DNA of 64,000 nucleotides from Nitrospirota bacterium (GTDB taxonomy: Bacteria > Nitrospirota > UBA9217), in contig CAVVUN010000001.1 of NCBI GenBank assembly GCA_963751455.1, positions 656,669-720,668 on the forward strand, read 5' to 3'. Shown here piece after piece: positions 40,026-52,910 of this stretch (the stretch's first letter is position 1; the number at the start of each line of letters is the position of its first letter). The notes beneath the pieces were generated by a model. The model saw nothing but the letters and a program-made list of their open reading frames with translations. It did not search any database and was not told where the DNA came from. The position numbers and the translations under genes are program-made.

Positions 40026-43000
40026 TTAGTAATACGGGGAATGCTCCCGCAGCCGCGGGTTAGAGAGGGATTTTCGCGCGAAAGCGCCAAGATGCGAAGA
40101 ATGCATAGTCAAGATACTGATGCCTTCGTAAAAAAAGTCCGTCTCACACAAAGTCACGAAGCCACAAAGAAAAAGATACGTCTTTATGGAATTATCTTCG
40201 TGTTTCCGTGCCTCCGTGTGAAAATCTGATTTTATTTTGAAAAATCCGCCCCAATCCGCGTCCAAAGGCTCTTTCCAGGTTCATCGGTTTGAGACATTGC
40301 CTCATTATGGTATCACTCTTATATTGTCCACTCCCTCGAACGTCATCGTCCCCACCCTCCCTGTTACATGCACCGGCACCTGCTCCCCATTCGAGAGAAG
40401 ATTGATGACCTCGCTCCGGTTGAACTTGACCATAAGGTCGGGAATTCGATCTTTATCATGATCTCCGATTGCATACGGCCGCGCCTCGGCCGGTACCTGT
40501 CCTGAGCCTGTCGAAGGGCCCTCCAGCCGGACCGATGAGATATCGATATCTGCCGGCTTATAATCGCCGGGCATTTCAATATAAACCACTACCCAGGTGC
40601 CCTTGCTCGCTCTGTTCAGAGTATCAGGATCGAAATCGATCGTGGCGTTGATGCTGGTTTTCGGCATGTGAATGGAGAACGCAGCCATGCTCATCCAGGG
40701 ACCGTACCCGTCCCCATCAAAGGCCCGTGCCCGCCACTGATACGTCTTGTTATCAGACAGCGGATCATTGAGGGTTATTGATGTGATTCCTGTGTTGTCC
40801 TGGGCAACGCCGCTGATCGATTGCACCAGTATGCCTTCGCTGTAGATCTCGAAATCGCAGGTAAGATCATCGCTGTCCGGATCCACTGCATTCGTTATCG
40901 AGAGCGTGGGCGTCGTTGTTGAAAGGCTGCTCCCTTCAGCAGGCGATGAGAGGCCCGGCGCGCCCGGTGAGTCATTGGCGGTATTTACGGTGAATTGGGA
41001 AAGGGCAGTCCAGGCGCTTACGGCTATTCCGTCAAAGGACCGGGCGCGCCAGTAATAAATCTGGTTTTCAATAAGCGATACCGGCACAGTCCACGAGGTA
41101 ATTTGAGCTGTTTCAGCAAGGCCTGAGGCATTCCGGACCGGGTTCAACATAGCCGCATCACTATAGAGCTCGAATTCGTAAGTGAGAGCGTCTCCGTCAA
41201 GGTCCGCCGAGTTGTGCACGGACAATGTCGGCATGAAAACATTCACGCCGGCATTGTTGGAAGGATTTGCGGGCAGCGGCGCTGTCGGGGCGTCGTTGGC
41301 AGTATTAGCAAAGAAAGATACCACTGACGACCAGGCGCTTTCGGCAGCGCCGTCGCTTGCCTTCGCTCGGAGATAGTATCGGGTATTGTCCCGGAGCCCA
41401 TCCACGTGCCACATTGTCGTATCCTGCCCTGAGCCTGTCGAAGAGGCCTGTCCTGCCATAACAGCGCCCGACCTGATCACATTACCGGAATCGAAGGTCA
41501 TGGCTGTATCAAGCTCGATAAAGTAGTTAATAACCGCAGAATCAGGGTCAGTGCTGTTTGCGACAATAATATCGGCAGTAAGGGCAGACACCGTAGAATT
41601 ATCGGCCGGCATGGTTATCGAAGGCGCAGTAGGCGCGTCATTAGACGTGTTCACGAAGAACCGGGAAGTGACTGACCACGGTCCTTCATCCAGCCAGTCA
41701 TCAGCCTGCGCTCTCCAGTAATACCAAACATTCTCCTCAAGGCTCAGGGTCGGCTGCCACGAAGTATTGCCTTGGCCGCTCAATACGCCTTTTGCAGATA
41801 TCACGATGCCGGCAAAATCAGGATCCTGTGCCACATCGAAATTATACGTGAGGCTGGCGCTGTCCGGATCAGCCGCATTGGTGACAGTCAGAATTGGAGT
41901 AAGAACGGACACATCTGTGCCATCTGCAGGGCTCGTTGGAATAGGCGCAGTCGGCGGATCATTCACGGTGTTGACCCTGAAAGATGCCGGCCTGTCCTGA
42001 GCAGAGTCGATGGACATCCATGGCCCGTACAACTTCCCGTCATATGCTCGTGTACGCCAGTAATAGGTCTGGTTTTCGGAAAGGGCCACGGCTACGATCC
42101 ATTTTGTGATTCCGGCCTGTTCGGAGACCGTGCCGGAGGAACTGGTGATGAGATTCGCTAAGCCGGGGTCGCTGTACACCTCAAACTCATACAAGAGCTT
42201 GTCGTCGTTCGGATCTGACGCATTATTCACAGAAAGCTCAGGAAAGAAGGTCAGGACATCCGCAGCCTGTCCGGGCCCGGCGAGCGACGGCGCGGACGGC
42301 GCCCCTTCGACCCTGAAGTAGGTCCCGGCAAGGGTCTCTTCCACCCCGGCGATATTTGCCCGCAGAATAACCAGGTAATCCCTGGCGCTGTAGTTTGTGG
42401 TGTTGATTGAAGCGGAATTGCTGGACGTTGCACCCATGGCAACGCTAGCTTGATCAGTGATCGTGTCGTATATCGACTCGTTTACTGCATGGACGGTCAG
42501 GACCGAGAGCGCAATGTTCTCAAGATCGGTATTTCCCGTGTTCGTTACGCCATACGAGATCGTCACTGTCTCGCCGGACAGCAGGCTCTGCTTGTCTACG
42601 GCAATCTGGCCCTTGAGCATGGCTGAAGGTTTGAGCGTATTCGCGATCACAACGTTCTGCGTGCCCGTGGCAATGACCGTACCTGTCGCATCTTTTATCT
42701 CAAGAGTTACGGGATATGTCCCCGAAGCATAGGTTCCCGTGTTCCAGTAACTCTTGAACGTGTACGCGGCCCCGGGCATGAGGGTGGATATGGTCTTCGT
42801 TTCGACGAAGACCGGACCGTTTAAACCGATTAAACTGTTTGATCCGCTTGAACTGATCTCTACCCGGGCCGACAGGTTTTCAAAAGCATAGTTCCCGCTC
42901 AAGCTCGTAACTGTCGAAGAAAGCGTTATTGTCTCGTTCGGGCTGTAGGAGATTTTGTCTACAGTCACCATTGCGTCCATCCGCTTGTCCGGGGCAATGG

Positions 43001-44862
43001 TAAAGCCGGCGCTCGCTCGTGATATGATTCGTCCTTCCTCAATGAGCTCCGCAATTAATTTGTAATCCCCTGCCAACGTCTTGCCAGTATTCCATGTCTG
43101 CGGAATGGTCCCGCTCCCGTTCGGCCCAAGGCTGACAGAAACGGCCTGCGCAATCGTCGCAATGAGGTTCCCGGCATTGTCCTGGACAACCAGGTTGAGG
43201 CTGAGGCGCGCGAGGAATCTAAGGTGTTGGCTGCAGCAATGGTTATCCGCGCATTCTCATTAGCCTGGTACCCGGTCTTGTCCAGGCTGATTGACGAAGT
43301 CAATCCCGAGGACTGGATAAAGAGCGCCTGTGACACGCTATTATTTTCCTCTTTGCTTTCCGCTATGGCATTCGCGGGATCAATCGTGATGACAATGCTT
43401 TTCTGACCCGCCATTCCCGTGGTATCGATGACAGCCTGTATTGTCGCTGTCTGACCGAGTTCGAGTACGGGATAAATCGTCTTCGTTTCGCCGAAGACTT
43501 CACTCCCAGCTCCGGAATCATCGCTCCGGACCGATACACGCACGGAAATGTTTCCTGTCCTGCTGCCGCGGTTCGTGATCGTGGCGCTGACAGCGACCTG
43601 ATCGCCCTCCCTTGGAGAAGCAGGAGCGATCACGATGTTTCCGCTACTAATCGAAAGATCCGGAAGCATAGGCGACTGGACGGATAATTCAACAAGCGCG
43701 AGGTTGTTCGCCTTGCCTGATTCAGAGAGGATATTTTCCGGGTCGATCGCGACATACAGCATGTTCGTGCCCGGATGCCCGAGGGTGTCGAAGGTAAATA
43801 ACGCTGCTGCCGATGTTCCGGGATTGAGGGAGAAAATGACCTGGTCCGCTCCGATTCTCTGTCCCCCGTTTAATGGGTTCCCGTTATAAAGTCTGACAGC
43901 GATGTTCGATGCCGCTGATGCGCCGATGTTCCGGATGTTCGCTGTTATGGGAATGATACTGCCTTCTGTATACGGCCCTGCGGGAAGGGTGATGTCCTCT
44001 GATGTTATGGCAAGGTCCGGCAGACCCTCAACGAACGTGATATCAATTGCCGCCTGGTTGTCGTCCTCGCGGCATTCCGGAATCAGATTCGCGCTGTCCA
44101 TAACCGCGTAAACATGATGCAACCCGATGCTGCCGCCTGCCCAGCTGTATCCAAGGTCCTGGTACTCTCCAGGCGCAAGGGCTTTCGTGGTGGATATTGT
44201 ACCGATGACGATATTGGCTGTTGGATTCCGTCAAAGAATGTGACAACCGCGCCGGCAGGCGCCTCTACAGCCCCGCCGTTGCCGATCCTGATTGTGAGGT
44301 CAACCGACACGCCCTTCTGCTCAGCGCGCAGATACGAGGCCGTAAGGTTGGGTGTGAGATAAGGATTCGGATTCGGCGCGATCGCAGCCTGCGTGCGGTA
44401 GGTGTTGTTCAAAAGCCAGCTCGGGGCCTCGTATTGAGGGATAGTTGTGTCGTCGTTCACGTTCGTGACGTGGTAGGAGGGCTGGTTCCATATCTTGCGC
44501 GCTCCGATCCAGGGCATGGATCCGGGCTGGGTGGTGTCCGCCTTGTATACGCGTATGCTCTCTTGATTGCCGTAATAGTCGTACCCATGAGCAATGATCT
44601 CTGCCTGGCCGTCCGCGTCCACGTCCGCGACGATCACGCTCTGATAAATATTCCCGCCGCCGAAAGTCTCTGAATAGAGAAGCTCCCCTGTCTTTCCGTC
44701 GAAGATCCTGAATTTGCCGTGGCCGTTGTCCATGACCTCGGGCCGGCCGTCCCCGTTCAAATCGAATACCGTGGCTGAGGATGCGGAGCCCTCCCAACCT
44801 TCAGCATAGGGCATGGATAGGGTCTTCTTGAGCCTGCCGTTCTTGTCGACGATTAAATATTT

Positions 44863-46251
44863 GGTAGTGTAGAAAAGGAGAGACTTTGGACATGAAGTAA
44901 CAACAAATTGCCCTCCATTTTATGGATAATAGTTTTGGACGAAACTAACCATAAAACAGGAGGGCAATATGGGTGTTACCCCACAAAGGAAAGGTATCAC
45001 CATCAGTTTTGATTGTCAATTTGAAGTGCATTTGAAGGACAGCTCTCTTTCATCAATACTCGCCGCCTTTGCCGAGCTTTTGCCGCAGATTTTGACGGAC
45101 TTCATTCAGAAAGTGCTTGTAGGCTTTGGCGAGCATGTGATGGCTCTTAAGAAAAAGCCTTTTGCCTGCGGGTGCGGCAATGATCGGGAATTCACATGGA
45201 AGACGCGGCACGGGAAAAAGACTAAGATTCATGCCTTTTACCAATGGGTCTGGTTACAGCAGCTCCAGGTTGTTTGCAAACGCTGTGGGAGTAAGCTCTA
45301 CATCACCCGAAAGCTGCTCGGAATGAAGCCGAAAAAGCGAATAGCGGCAGAAATTTATCGAAAGCTTGGGCTTCTGGGTTCCTTGACAACCTTTCGTGTG
45401 GCGGAGAAGATCGGCAAGATGTTCGGCTGGGCCGTGGACAAGATGACGGTCTGGAGCGCTGTCCAAAAGACGGGGTCGGAAATAGAGTTCAAGGTTGATG
45501 AAAAGGAGCTTCCCCAGGGCGAGGCTGACGGGACCGGGATCGGCATCAAGGGAATCAAGAAGCGCGGGAAGGAATTGAAGGCGTTCATACAGTACAAGAA
45601 GGGTGGCGGCGTGCGGGTGGCGGGCCTTGATATCGGGAATTATAACGGGTCCTGGGACAACCTTTTCAAGAAGAGTCTCAAGGCTCTGGGGAGCTTCACC
45701 CGTCCGTTTTCCTTAATCACCGACGGCGACACCTCCATCCTGGATGCTCTTAAGGGGAAGGTGAAGATAATTGTTCAGCGCTGCTTGTGGCATATTCCCT
45801 ATCAAGCGAAGTATGTGTTGTGGCAGGACAAAGTGAAGCGTAAGAGCGAGGACTGGTTGTATGTGATCGTGGAGCTGATGGAAATCTGCGCGATACGGCC
45901 GTTTGTAGACGACAAGCAGACGATAGCCGCGATGATCGCTTCGAAGAAGGCCCGGCTGGATGAACTGATAAAGCGGTGCGCTGAGAGAGAATATACTCAC
46001 ACAGCCGCTTATCTTGAAAATGCCCGCCCGGATATGTTTACGGCGATCAAGAAGAGATTAGACGGTAAGACCACGAGCAAGGTGGAGCGACTCATGCGCA
46101 CGGTCAATATGCGGGTAAACGTGAGCAAGTGGACCGAGGCCGGAGCGCTGAATGTCATGAAAGTCCGGCTGGCTTATTACTATAACGGATTTGATGCATA
46201 ATGCGCGTAAAATGGGGGGCTTTTGTCAGGTCTCCACTTGACAACGCTACC
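44863..46251 (+). mobile_element. ISH6-like insertion sequence, 1,389 bp
   Basis: Imperfect TIRs beginning GGTAG(T/C)GT; 8-bp TSD AAATATTT at 44855-44862 and 46252-46259. Confidence 0.88.
44969..46201 (+). CDS. DDE transposase (ISH6/UPF0236-like)
   Basis: EADGT, ITDGD, QRCLWH, TTSKVERLMR; N-terminal Cys pairs; bounded by TIRs. Confidence 0.85.
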   Translation: MGVTPQRKGITISFDCQFEVHLKDSSLSSILAAFAELLPQILTDFIQKVLVGFGEHVMALKKKPFACGCGNDREFTWKTRHGKKTKIHAFYQWVWLQQLQVVCKRCGSKLYITRKLLGMKPKKRIAAEIYRKLGLLGSLTTFRVAEKIGKMFGWAVDKMTVWSAVQKTGSEIEFKVDEKELPQGEADGTGIGIKGIKKRGKELKAFIQYKKGGGVRVAGLDIGNYNGSWDNLFKKSLKALGSFTRPFSLITDGDTSILDALKGKVKIIVQRCLWHIPYQAKYVLWQDKVKRKSEDWLYVIVELMEICAIRPFVDDKQTIAAMIASKKARLDELIKRCAEREYTHTAAYLENARPDMFTAIKKRLDGKTTSKVERLMRTVNMRVNVSKWTEAGALNVMKVRLAYYYNGFDA

Positions 46252-49200
46252 AAATATTTGTTGAATCCTCTCACCCCGATCTCGGGCACACCGTCGCCGT
46301 CGAAGTCCGCGATGAGGGGCGGTCCCCCGAAGCCGGAAATCTGCGCGCCTTCCAGATTTTTCAGGCTCACCGGCCCCCACAAGACCTTGCCGTTGTGGTC
46401 GAGAAGATACAGATAATAAATACCTGACTGGAACGTGAGCAGAACGACTTCAGGATAAGGATCGTCGTTGAAGTTCGCGACCGCGTTGATCCCGTCGGGC
46501 AGGCTGGTATTCCACCATTTGGTCTTGAGGTCCTTTACGCCGTTAGCGTCGACTGTATAGGTATACGCTGTATTGCCAGCTACTATGTCCGGCGTGCCGT
46601 CAAGGTCCAGATCAGCCGCGATCGGCGTCGTACCCATAAAATTAGCTGCACCAGAGCCGTACTTGTAATCGCTTGCCCAGGTCCTGACGCTCCCGTCGGC
46701 ATTGAACATGGTCACACCCATCAATATCTCCGGCGATCCATTCTTGTCCAGGTCGGCAAGTACGGGTGCGTCGTAGTCAGTAAACGGCGGATTCCAGGGA
46801 GAAGTGGCAATCATCACGTTTTTGACTGCCTGATAATTGTCCCATTTTAGTTTAAAGGCATTTTGAGCGGTATCAAAATCATACGCAAGAAGACCCGGGC
46901 CGGACCCGGTGGACATGTTCCTCGTCGTTATGATCTCGGGTTTTCCGTCACTATCGATGTCACCCACAACCGGATAGGGATAGATTCCGAGCGGGCGCAC
47001 GGGGTCTTTAAGAGAGGTTATCACAGCCCCGGTATCTCCCCGCAAGGCCACCAATGCTGTATCATTAGCATTGGAATAATTTACCCACCCAAAGACAACA
47101 GCGGGAACGTCTTTTTCGTCAGCCTCGCCGTCGCCGTTCGAATCAAAGAAATACGGGACCACGGCGGGGAGGAAAACGCTGCCGAATGCCTTTTTCCAAG
47201 ACCACTTTTTCGTCAATTGTATCCTGCTCTGGGGCGCTGTTTCGCAGTCCTTGCATGAGGCAAGGATGTTGTTCGTCTCATCCTGTTCGCGGACTGCGTC
47301 CCCTGAATCGATCAGGGCGTACAGGGGCGAATGAAGGAAAGCGACGGTTCCTGCGAGCGGAACTGCGGCCGTGCCTGCGCTTTCCGGCCAGAGCGCGGGG
47401 GGGGCCGTCGATGTCCCGTACGTGACGAGAGAAGAGCCGAGACTAAGATCAACGCCGGCGGTATATGCGGCGTCTCCGTCCCTGTCCTCGAAGACGAGTA
47501 CGGTAAACGGCGTGGTGATCTTGTCGTCGCCTTTATTCTGGAACGTGACATAAGCCTTGCCGCCCGCCGAGAGGGTCTGGGTGTCGGTGGTCATGGACGA
47601 AAGATCGATTTTGGTGGGCATAAGATCAGGACCGAGGATCTCGCCGGGGGCTTTTATCCTGAGGGCGCGAATGGCGAAATTATTTTCCTCGTACATTTCC
47701 GTCACGACATTTTCCGTGTCAGCTACTGCATGGAACCGATAGGTCCCGGGCGCTGCCGTGAACGCATAGCTCAGGGTGACTTCCCCATCATCAGTGATGT
47801 TGCTTATTGGGAAGGTCTCGAGCAGGGCGCCGCCATCCGTTGGATCGCCGTTGTACAGCGCGAGGTTGAAGGCCCCGGTTTCCTTGATTCCGGTGTTCCG
47901 CGCGGTGATGAAAAGGACGACAGGATCGTTGCTGACAGGATTGCTGGGCGTAAAGACAAGATCGGCTGCGGAGATCGAGATATCGACCATGTCGGTCATG
48001 ACGCGGACAGAGGCGCTGTTGTTGCTTTCGCTTGCTTCGGCTATCGTGTTTGCCCTGTCCACGACCGCATACACAGTATGTATCCCCTCCGGGATCGGCC
48101 AGTACGCGATCATGGTATGCGAGCCGCCTGCCGGCAGGAAAGAAACGGACTCGCTTGCGATAAGGGTGCCTCCGGCTTCAGGAGCGTTGTCAAAAATCGA
48201 GATCGTGAAGTTGTCAGCCGCCTCGGTCCCGAAGTTCCTGACTATGGTACTGATAGTTACCAGGTCCCCTGCACGCGGCCGGGAGGGTATGAATGTGATG
48301 TCCATGGAGGATACGCTTAGGTCGGCAAGGCTCTGCGTTCCGCCGACATTCACGGTAACTGAGCCGGTGTTGTTCGTCTCGGATAGTTCGGTGACTGTAT
48401 CACCCGTATCCGCAACGAGATACAGCGTGTGACTGCCGTTGCCAGTAAGCGTAACACCGACACTGCCGCTGCGTACTTCGGTCCCTGCAAGACCGGAAAT
48501 ATTGATCGACTGTAATAAGGTGCCCTGCCCTGAGCCTGCCGAAGGGTTGCCGTCGTACAGGCTCACAGAAAATGCACCTGTACCCGACTCACCCAAATTT
48601 CTGATCTTATATCCAAGAGTGAACGGAGTTCCGGATACAGGGACATACGTGGACGGTTTCAGGTCTTCGGAATAAACCGCCAGATCAGGCCCCGTCGCCA
48701 CCCAAATACGGGCGGAGGATTTATTGTCGGATTCAGATGTTTCAGAGATGAGATTGTCAGGATCGACGATAACGAATATGGTCTTGCCGCCAATGCCGGT
48801 GAATGAAGCAGTTACGGAGACAGGAGCTGAGGAGTTCGGGGTAAGAGACGGAATTGTTTGATCAGCACCGATTTGAACACCAGATGGGACCTGCCCTGAG
48901 CCTGTCGAAGGGTCTCCGAGATAAAAGCGAACAGCGATATTCGATGCAGTTTCATAGCCCGCATTCTTGATTGTCACCGTAATCGTCGTCTCCTCCCCTT
49001 CCTGAGGCATGGGTTTGGATAAAGAGATATTGCTGACTGTAACATTCGGTCGAGCCGTTGCTAATGCCTGGAGCGCAAGAGCTGTAGAATATGGGTCGTC
49101 GTTCCAGGAACCATTGGAGAACTGAGCCGTGGTGAGGAAATTGATCGCATTCTGGATGGCGGATGCATACCCCTGCCCCTTTAGAGACGAAGACTCTAAC

Positions 49201-50008
49201 GGGGTGCTTTCGATCAATGACATGACAGATAAGGCTGTTTGATATACGTTTGATGGACTTGATCCAAACCCGCCGTCGGCGTTCTGATGTCCGAGCAGGA
49301 ACGCCGATGCTTGATTGATCGAATTTTGATTGATGAAGACGGAATTGTATGCAGCCAACGTTCTAAGGACTATCGACGTTATATAAGTGCTGCTCGTATC
49401 ATTCGCTGATAAACCCCATCCGCCGTCGGTGTTCTGATTGGCTATCAGGTGGTTCAATGACTGACCGATGAGCGTTGTGTCGGAGTAATTTGCAGCCTTC
49501 AGTGCCTGGAGGGCGAGGGCGGTGTCCAAAGGATTGCTCGGTGTGCTTTTATATCCACCAAAATCGCCATTCTTGTTCTGATACGTTAGAAGCGTTCCTA
49601 AGTCCACAGATACATCACTTCCCGCAACGGCCAGCACACTTATCTTTCCCGAGAGATATTCAGTTGTCTTAACATTCGCGCTTTGCAACCATGTAAGCAC
49701 ATTTTGATAATCCAATGAATTTGAATTATAAATCGCCAGGGCTATAGCTGCTTGCGATGTGTCACGGAAAGCCACAGGAGTTACATCTTCAGCAGTCAGC
49801 TCATCGATATAGGTGCCCGCGGGTATTTTCCGACCCCAATAATCATTGCCCAGCTTATCTTGTAGCAGCCATGACATGCCAACCGAAGCATGTTGTGGCA
49901 CCTCGGCTAAAGATGGGAGTGCGGCAAATGCCATAATTAATACGATAATGAGGGGTATTAAATTATTTTTGAGGTTCATCATCATACTCCTTACACAAAA
50001 TAAACCCG

Positions 50009-51301
50009 TTACATAGTGGGCATCTCGAACACATAGAGATAACCCTGCTTATCCGTTATAATTATTTTATTCTTTCCATCGCCTGTAACATTTGCGACCG
50101 CAAGGTTGCTCACTTTTTCGTCGATGGCTTTTTTACGCCATTTAACTTCGTATTCATTTCCGTTCCATTTTGCTAAAAATACATTGCTCGTTAAAAGTAC
50201 GGGGCCTAATTCATCGCCCGGATGCTTACGGGGTAACATCTTCCTAATTTTTTCTTCAATGCCCACTATCTCGCCTATCCCGTCGCCATCCACATCTGCG
50301 ATAATCATGTATTGGATCATGTCAGAATCAATGCCCTTGAAATAGACCCTCGAAAAAGGAGAGAACCTTTTCCCATCGAATTGCGATACATACAATTTGG
50401 TATGAAATGAGTATTCGCTTGTAGGATATTCAACAAACCATAATTCGCCTCTTGAATTCCTCTTGGTAGCACCGAATATAGGCAAACCGCCACCGAGAGA
50501 CTTCTTACCCAATGCGGTTTTATCAATCGGCAGCATTTCAAACTTTACACCATCACAAGTAAGCATCCCGCTTTGATGATCAATTATAAAAAAAACGTCT
50601 TTAGATACATCAAGGGCTTTTGGCGCTTGGCCGGAAATGAGCCGCCCTCCTGCTCCTGTCGCACTACGCCATTTCTCATTCAAAACAGAACCATCCCAAG
50701 TATATGCCGAATGAGTATAATTTCCTTTTTGATCTCCTCTTCCGAAAAAGACTGCAGTCGAACTATTGGAACACATCCCATAGGAACGAAACCGCCCAAA
50801 TGGCGCCTGCGATTTTTTCTCAAGTTTATATTGGTTATTCTCCCATTTCACTTCGTAGAGATCTAATGATTTATGACCTGTTTTTGCAAAAAACAAGATT
50901 GATTTATTTAATTTATTATCAGACTTATTTCTATAGTAAGTTGGCAAAAGTTCTGATATTTCATGCATAACCATGGGGGCTTGTCTACCTACAAGTGGAA
51001 AATCATATTTGAACTGAGGTGATTGCCAAACTTTTTCAAAATTTGAACGTTGCCATTTATATATTTGAATATAACCACTACCGGTTACAATCACAATTTC
51101 TTTCAGGCTATCATCATCTGCATCCAAGATCGATAACTCACTAATCCGATTTGGACGATTTTTTGATATTCGTGGTAGTGCCGTACTCTTATAGATTAAC
51201 TGCAATTCTTCCTCGCCATAGGCGAAATTAATCGCGCATAGTGTTGAAGATAGAACAATTAAGCAAAAAATCATAACTGCAATAAATAGTTTTCTTACCA
51301 T
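50009..51301 (-). CDS. Secreted FG-GAP-like protein, candidate immunity/partner protein
   Basis: Signal peptide; DADDDSLKEIV, ADVDGDGIGEIV and NVTGDGKNKII motifs; AT-rich; start overlaps the upstream M15 stop (ATGGTAA). Confidence 0.75.
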   Translation of the reverse strand: MVRKLFIAVMIFCLIVLSSTLCAINFAYGEEELQLIYKSTALPRISKNRPNRISELSILDADDDSLKEIVIVTGSGYIQIYKWQRSNFEKVWQSPQFKYDFPLVGRQAPMVMHEISELLPTYYRNKSDNKLNKSILFFAKTGHKSLDLYEVKWENNQYKLEKKSQAPFGRFRSYGMCSNSSTAVFFGRGDQKGNYTHSAYTWDGSVLNEKWRSATGAGGRLISGQAPKALDVSKDVFFIIDHQSGMLTCDGVKFEMLPIDKTALGKKSLGGGLPIFGATKRNSRGELWFVEYPTSEYSFHTKLYVSQFDGKRFSPFSRVYFKGIDSDMIQYMIIADVDGDGIGEIVGIEEKIRKMLPRKHPGDELGPVLLTSNVFLAKWNGNEYEVKWRKKAIDEKVSNLAVANVTGDGKNKIIITDKQGYLYVFEMPTM

Positions 51302-51465
51302 ATTCTCCCTCCTGGGCCAAAATCAACGTGCACTATAGTACCGTACGAAATACCAACGCCACCCTGTTCGCTTATCATGTCGATAGCTATCTCTCCTGCT
51401 GCATCTTGATCATCTGCAATCATCGATACATCCGCTGCGAGTCCATCCATATGATAGCTATTCGG
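51295..51465 (-). pseudogene. C-terminal M15-type (D-Ala-D-Ala/YcbK-like) zinc peptidase fragment truncated by IS3
   Basis: Manual translation PNSYHMDGLAADVS...GGVGISYGTIVHVDFGPGGRIW*, with SxHxxGxAxD and HxD motifs. Confidence 0.85.
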
Positions 51466-51466
51466 T

Positions 51467-52080
51467 TAAGTGGACCCCTCTGTCAAGACAATAAAGGGGT
51501 GAGATTAAGATGGTAACCGACCAAGCCGCAGCTGCATGGCGCTGCCCCGGTTTCTACCTCTCCCTGAGGTTCTTTTCGCTCTTTGAATTTATCCACAATC
51601 CTTGCTCCACCGCCGTTCGCTGTTCGATAGATCACATCCGGTGTGCTGTAGTCCAATGATTGATGTGTTCTTTCCGTGTTGTAGAACATAAAGTATTTCG
51701 TCAGCCCCAGTTGCGCTTCAGGTACTGTGGCGTACCCTTTTAAATATACGTCTTCGTGCTTTACGCTCCGCCATAGCCGTTCCACGAAGATATTGTCCAA
51801 TGCACGGCCGCGGCCGTCCATGCTGATGTTAATGCAGTGCGCCTTGAGCACGCCGGTGAAGGCCTCAGAGGTGAACTGGCAGCCCTGATCGGTGTTGAAG
51901 ATCTCGGGGATGCCGTATGTCTGTAATGCCTGTTCTAGGCAGTCCACGCAGAAGCTGCTATCGAGCGTGTTTGATAATCGCCATGCCAGCACTTTGCGTG
52001 AGTACCAGTCGATCACGGCCACCAGGTACACAAATCCCCGCGCCAGGCGGATGTAGGTGATGTCAGTGCTCCATACCTGG
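51467..52080 (-). mobile_element. IS3-family remnant (3' part of orfB + right end)
   Basis: QVWSTDITY...AVIDWYSR...NTDQGCQF...DNIFVERLWRSVK; end TAAGTGGACCCCTCTGTCAAGACA; 5' part absent. Confidence 0.88.
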
Positions 52081-52910
52081 GGGCGCTCGAATTCTTAAGG
52101 TACATACAGGGCAGCCTCCGCGTTGATATCTGTCGATGACTCTTTCCCGGTGTTCATGGTCGTTCTTGCATTTCCACCACACCAGTCGCGTTGAAAATGG
52201 CGTAACGTCCTTCGGGGTCCAGGAGCCGTTTTTCGCCGGGTGCCACTCACGGGCCAGCTTTGGGTTCACTGCTTTCAGATTGTTGCCTTTACCCACCTTT
52301 CGCAGGCCGCAGCGATAACAGCCATGCCCTTCGTTTCTGCTGGATATGCGGGCTTCCCCACTCATGACCCGCCCTGCACATCCACCACGCGACGTGTATG
52401 ACTGCCTGCGGGGACGTCCTTTGGCGTCAGCGGCGCGTTCCTGGTTGGATGCCATTCTCGGGCCAATTCCGGCTTCATGACCGCCAGGCATTTTCTTTGT
52501 TTCCTGCAATCCGGGCAAGCGCTCCCCTTGACTCTGGTGGTGATGACAGCCTTCCATTCATGGCCTTCCCGGCACACCCACCACACTCGTTTACCGGACC
52601 CGGCCCGCACGTCTTTCGGCGTGAGCGGCGCGTTCTTAGCAGGATGCCATTCTGCGGCAAGTTCGGGATTCGAGGTCTGCAAGCAATTTTCTTTGGTGGC
52701 CAGGCGGCCTGTGCAATAAGGACAACCAGAACCCTGTCGGTTGTAGATAGAAGCTTCCCATGCATGACCTTTTTTACACAGCCACCATACTTTTTTAGTG
52801 GAGCCGGCTGTCACGTCGCGGGGAGTAAGCGGCGCATTCTTCGTGGGATGCCACTCTCGGGCGAGCGCCCTGTTCGTCTTAGCAAATGAAGGTTTTCTGT
52901 TCTTTTTCAT
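52080..52910 (-). pseudogene. Degenerate copy of the zinc-ribbon (DUF4379-like) repeat gene
   Basis: LAREWHPTKN...WWLCKKGH.W...GCPYC repeats split over two frames; C-terminus fused to the IS3 remnant. Confidence 0.8.

Larger units (their letters stand above)
40305..49985 (-). pseudogene. Giant secreted protein 2 (~2,760 aa reconstructed): prenyltransferase/squalene-oxidase repeats, CARDBs, FG-GAP propeller, FN3-like repeats
   Basis: ORFs 46155-49985, 44083-44814, 43055-44122 and 40305-43076 join after removing the IS and one TSD copy (RGFNKYLIVDKNGRLKKTLSMPYAEG) and correcting single-base losses near 44227 and 43207. Confidence 0.88.

Noticed and set aside
47331-48432. Plus-strand ORFs of 329 and 218 aa
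   Set aside because: Shadows of the CARDB-rich minus-strand gene.
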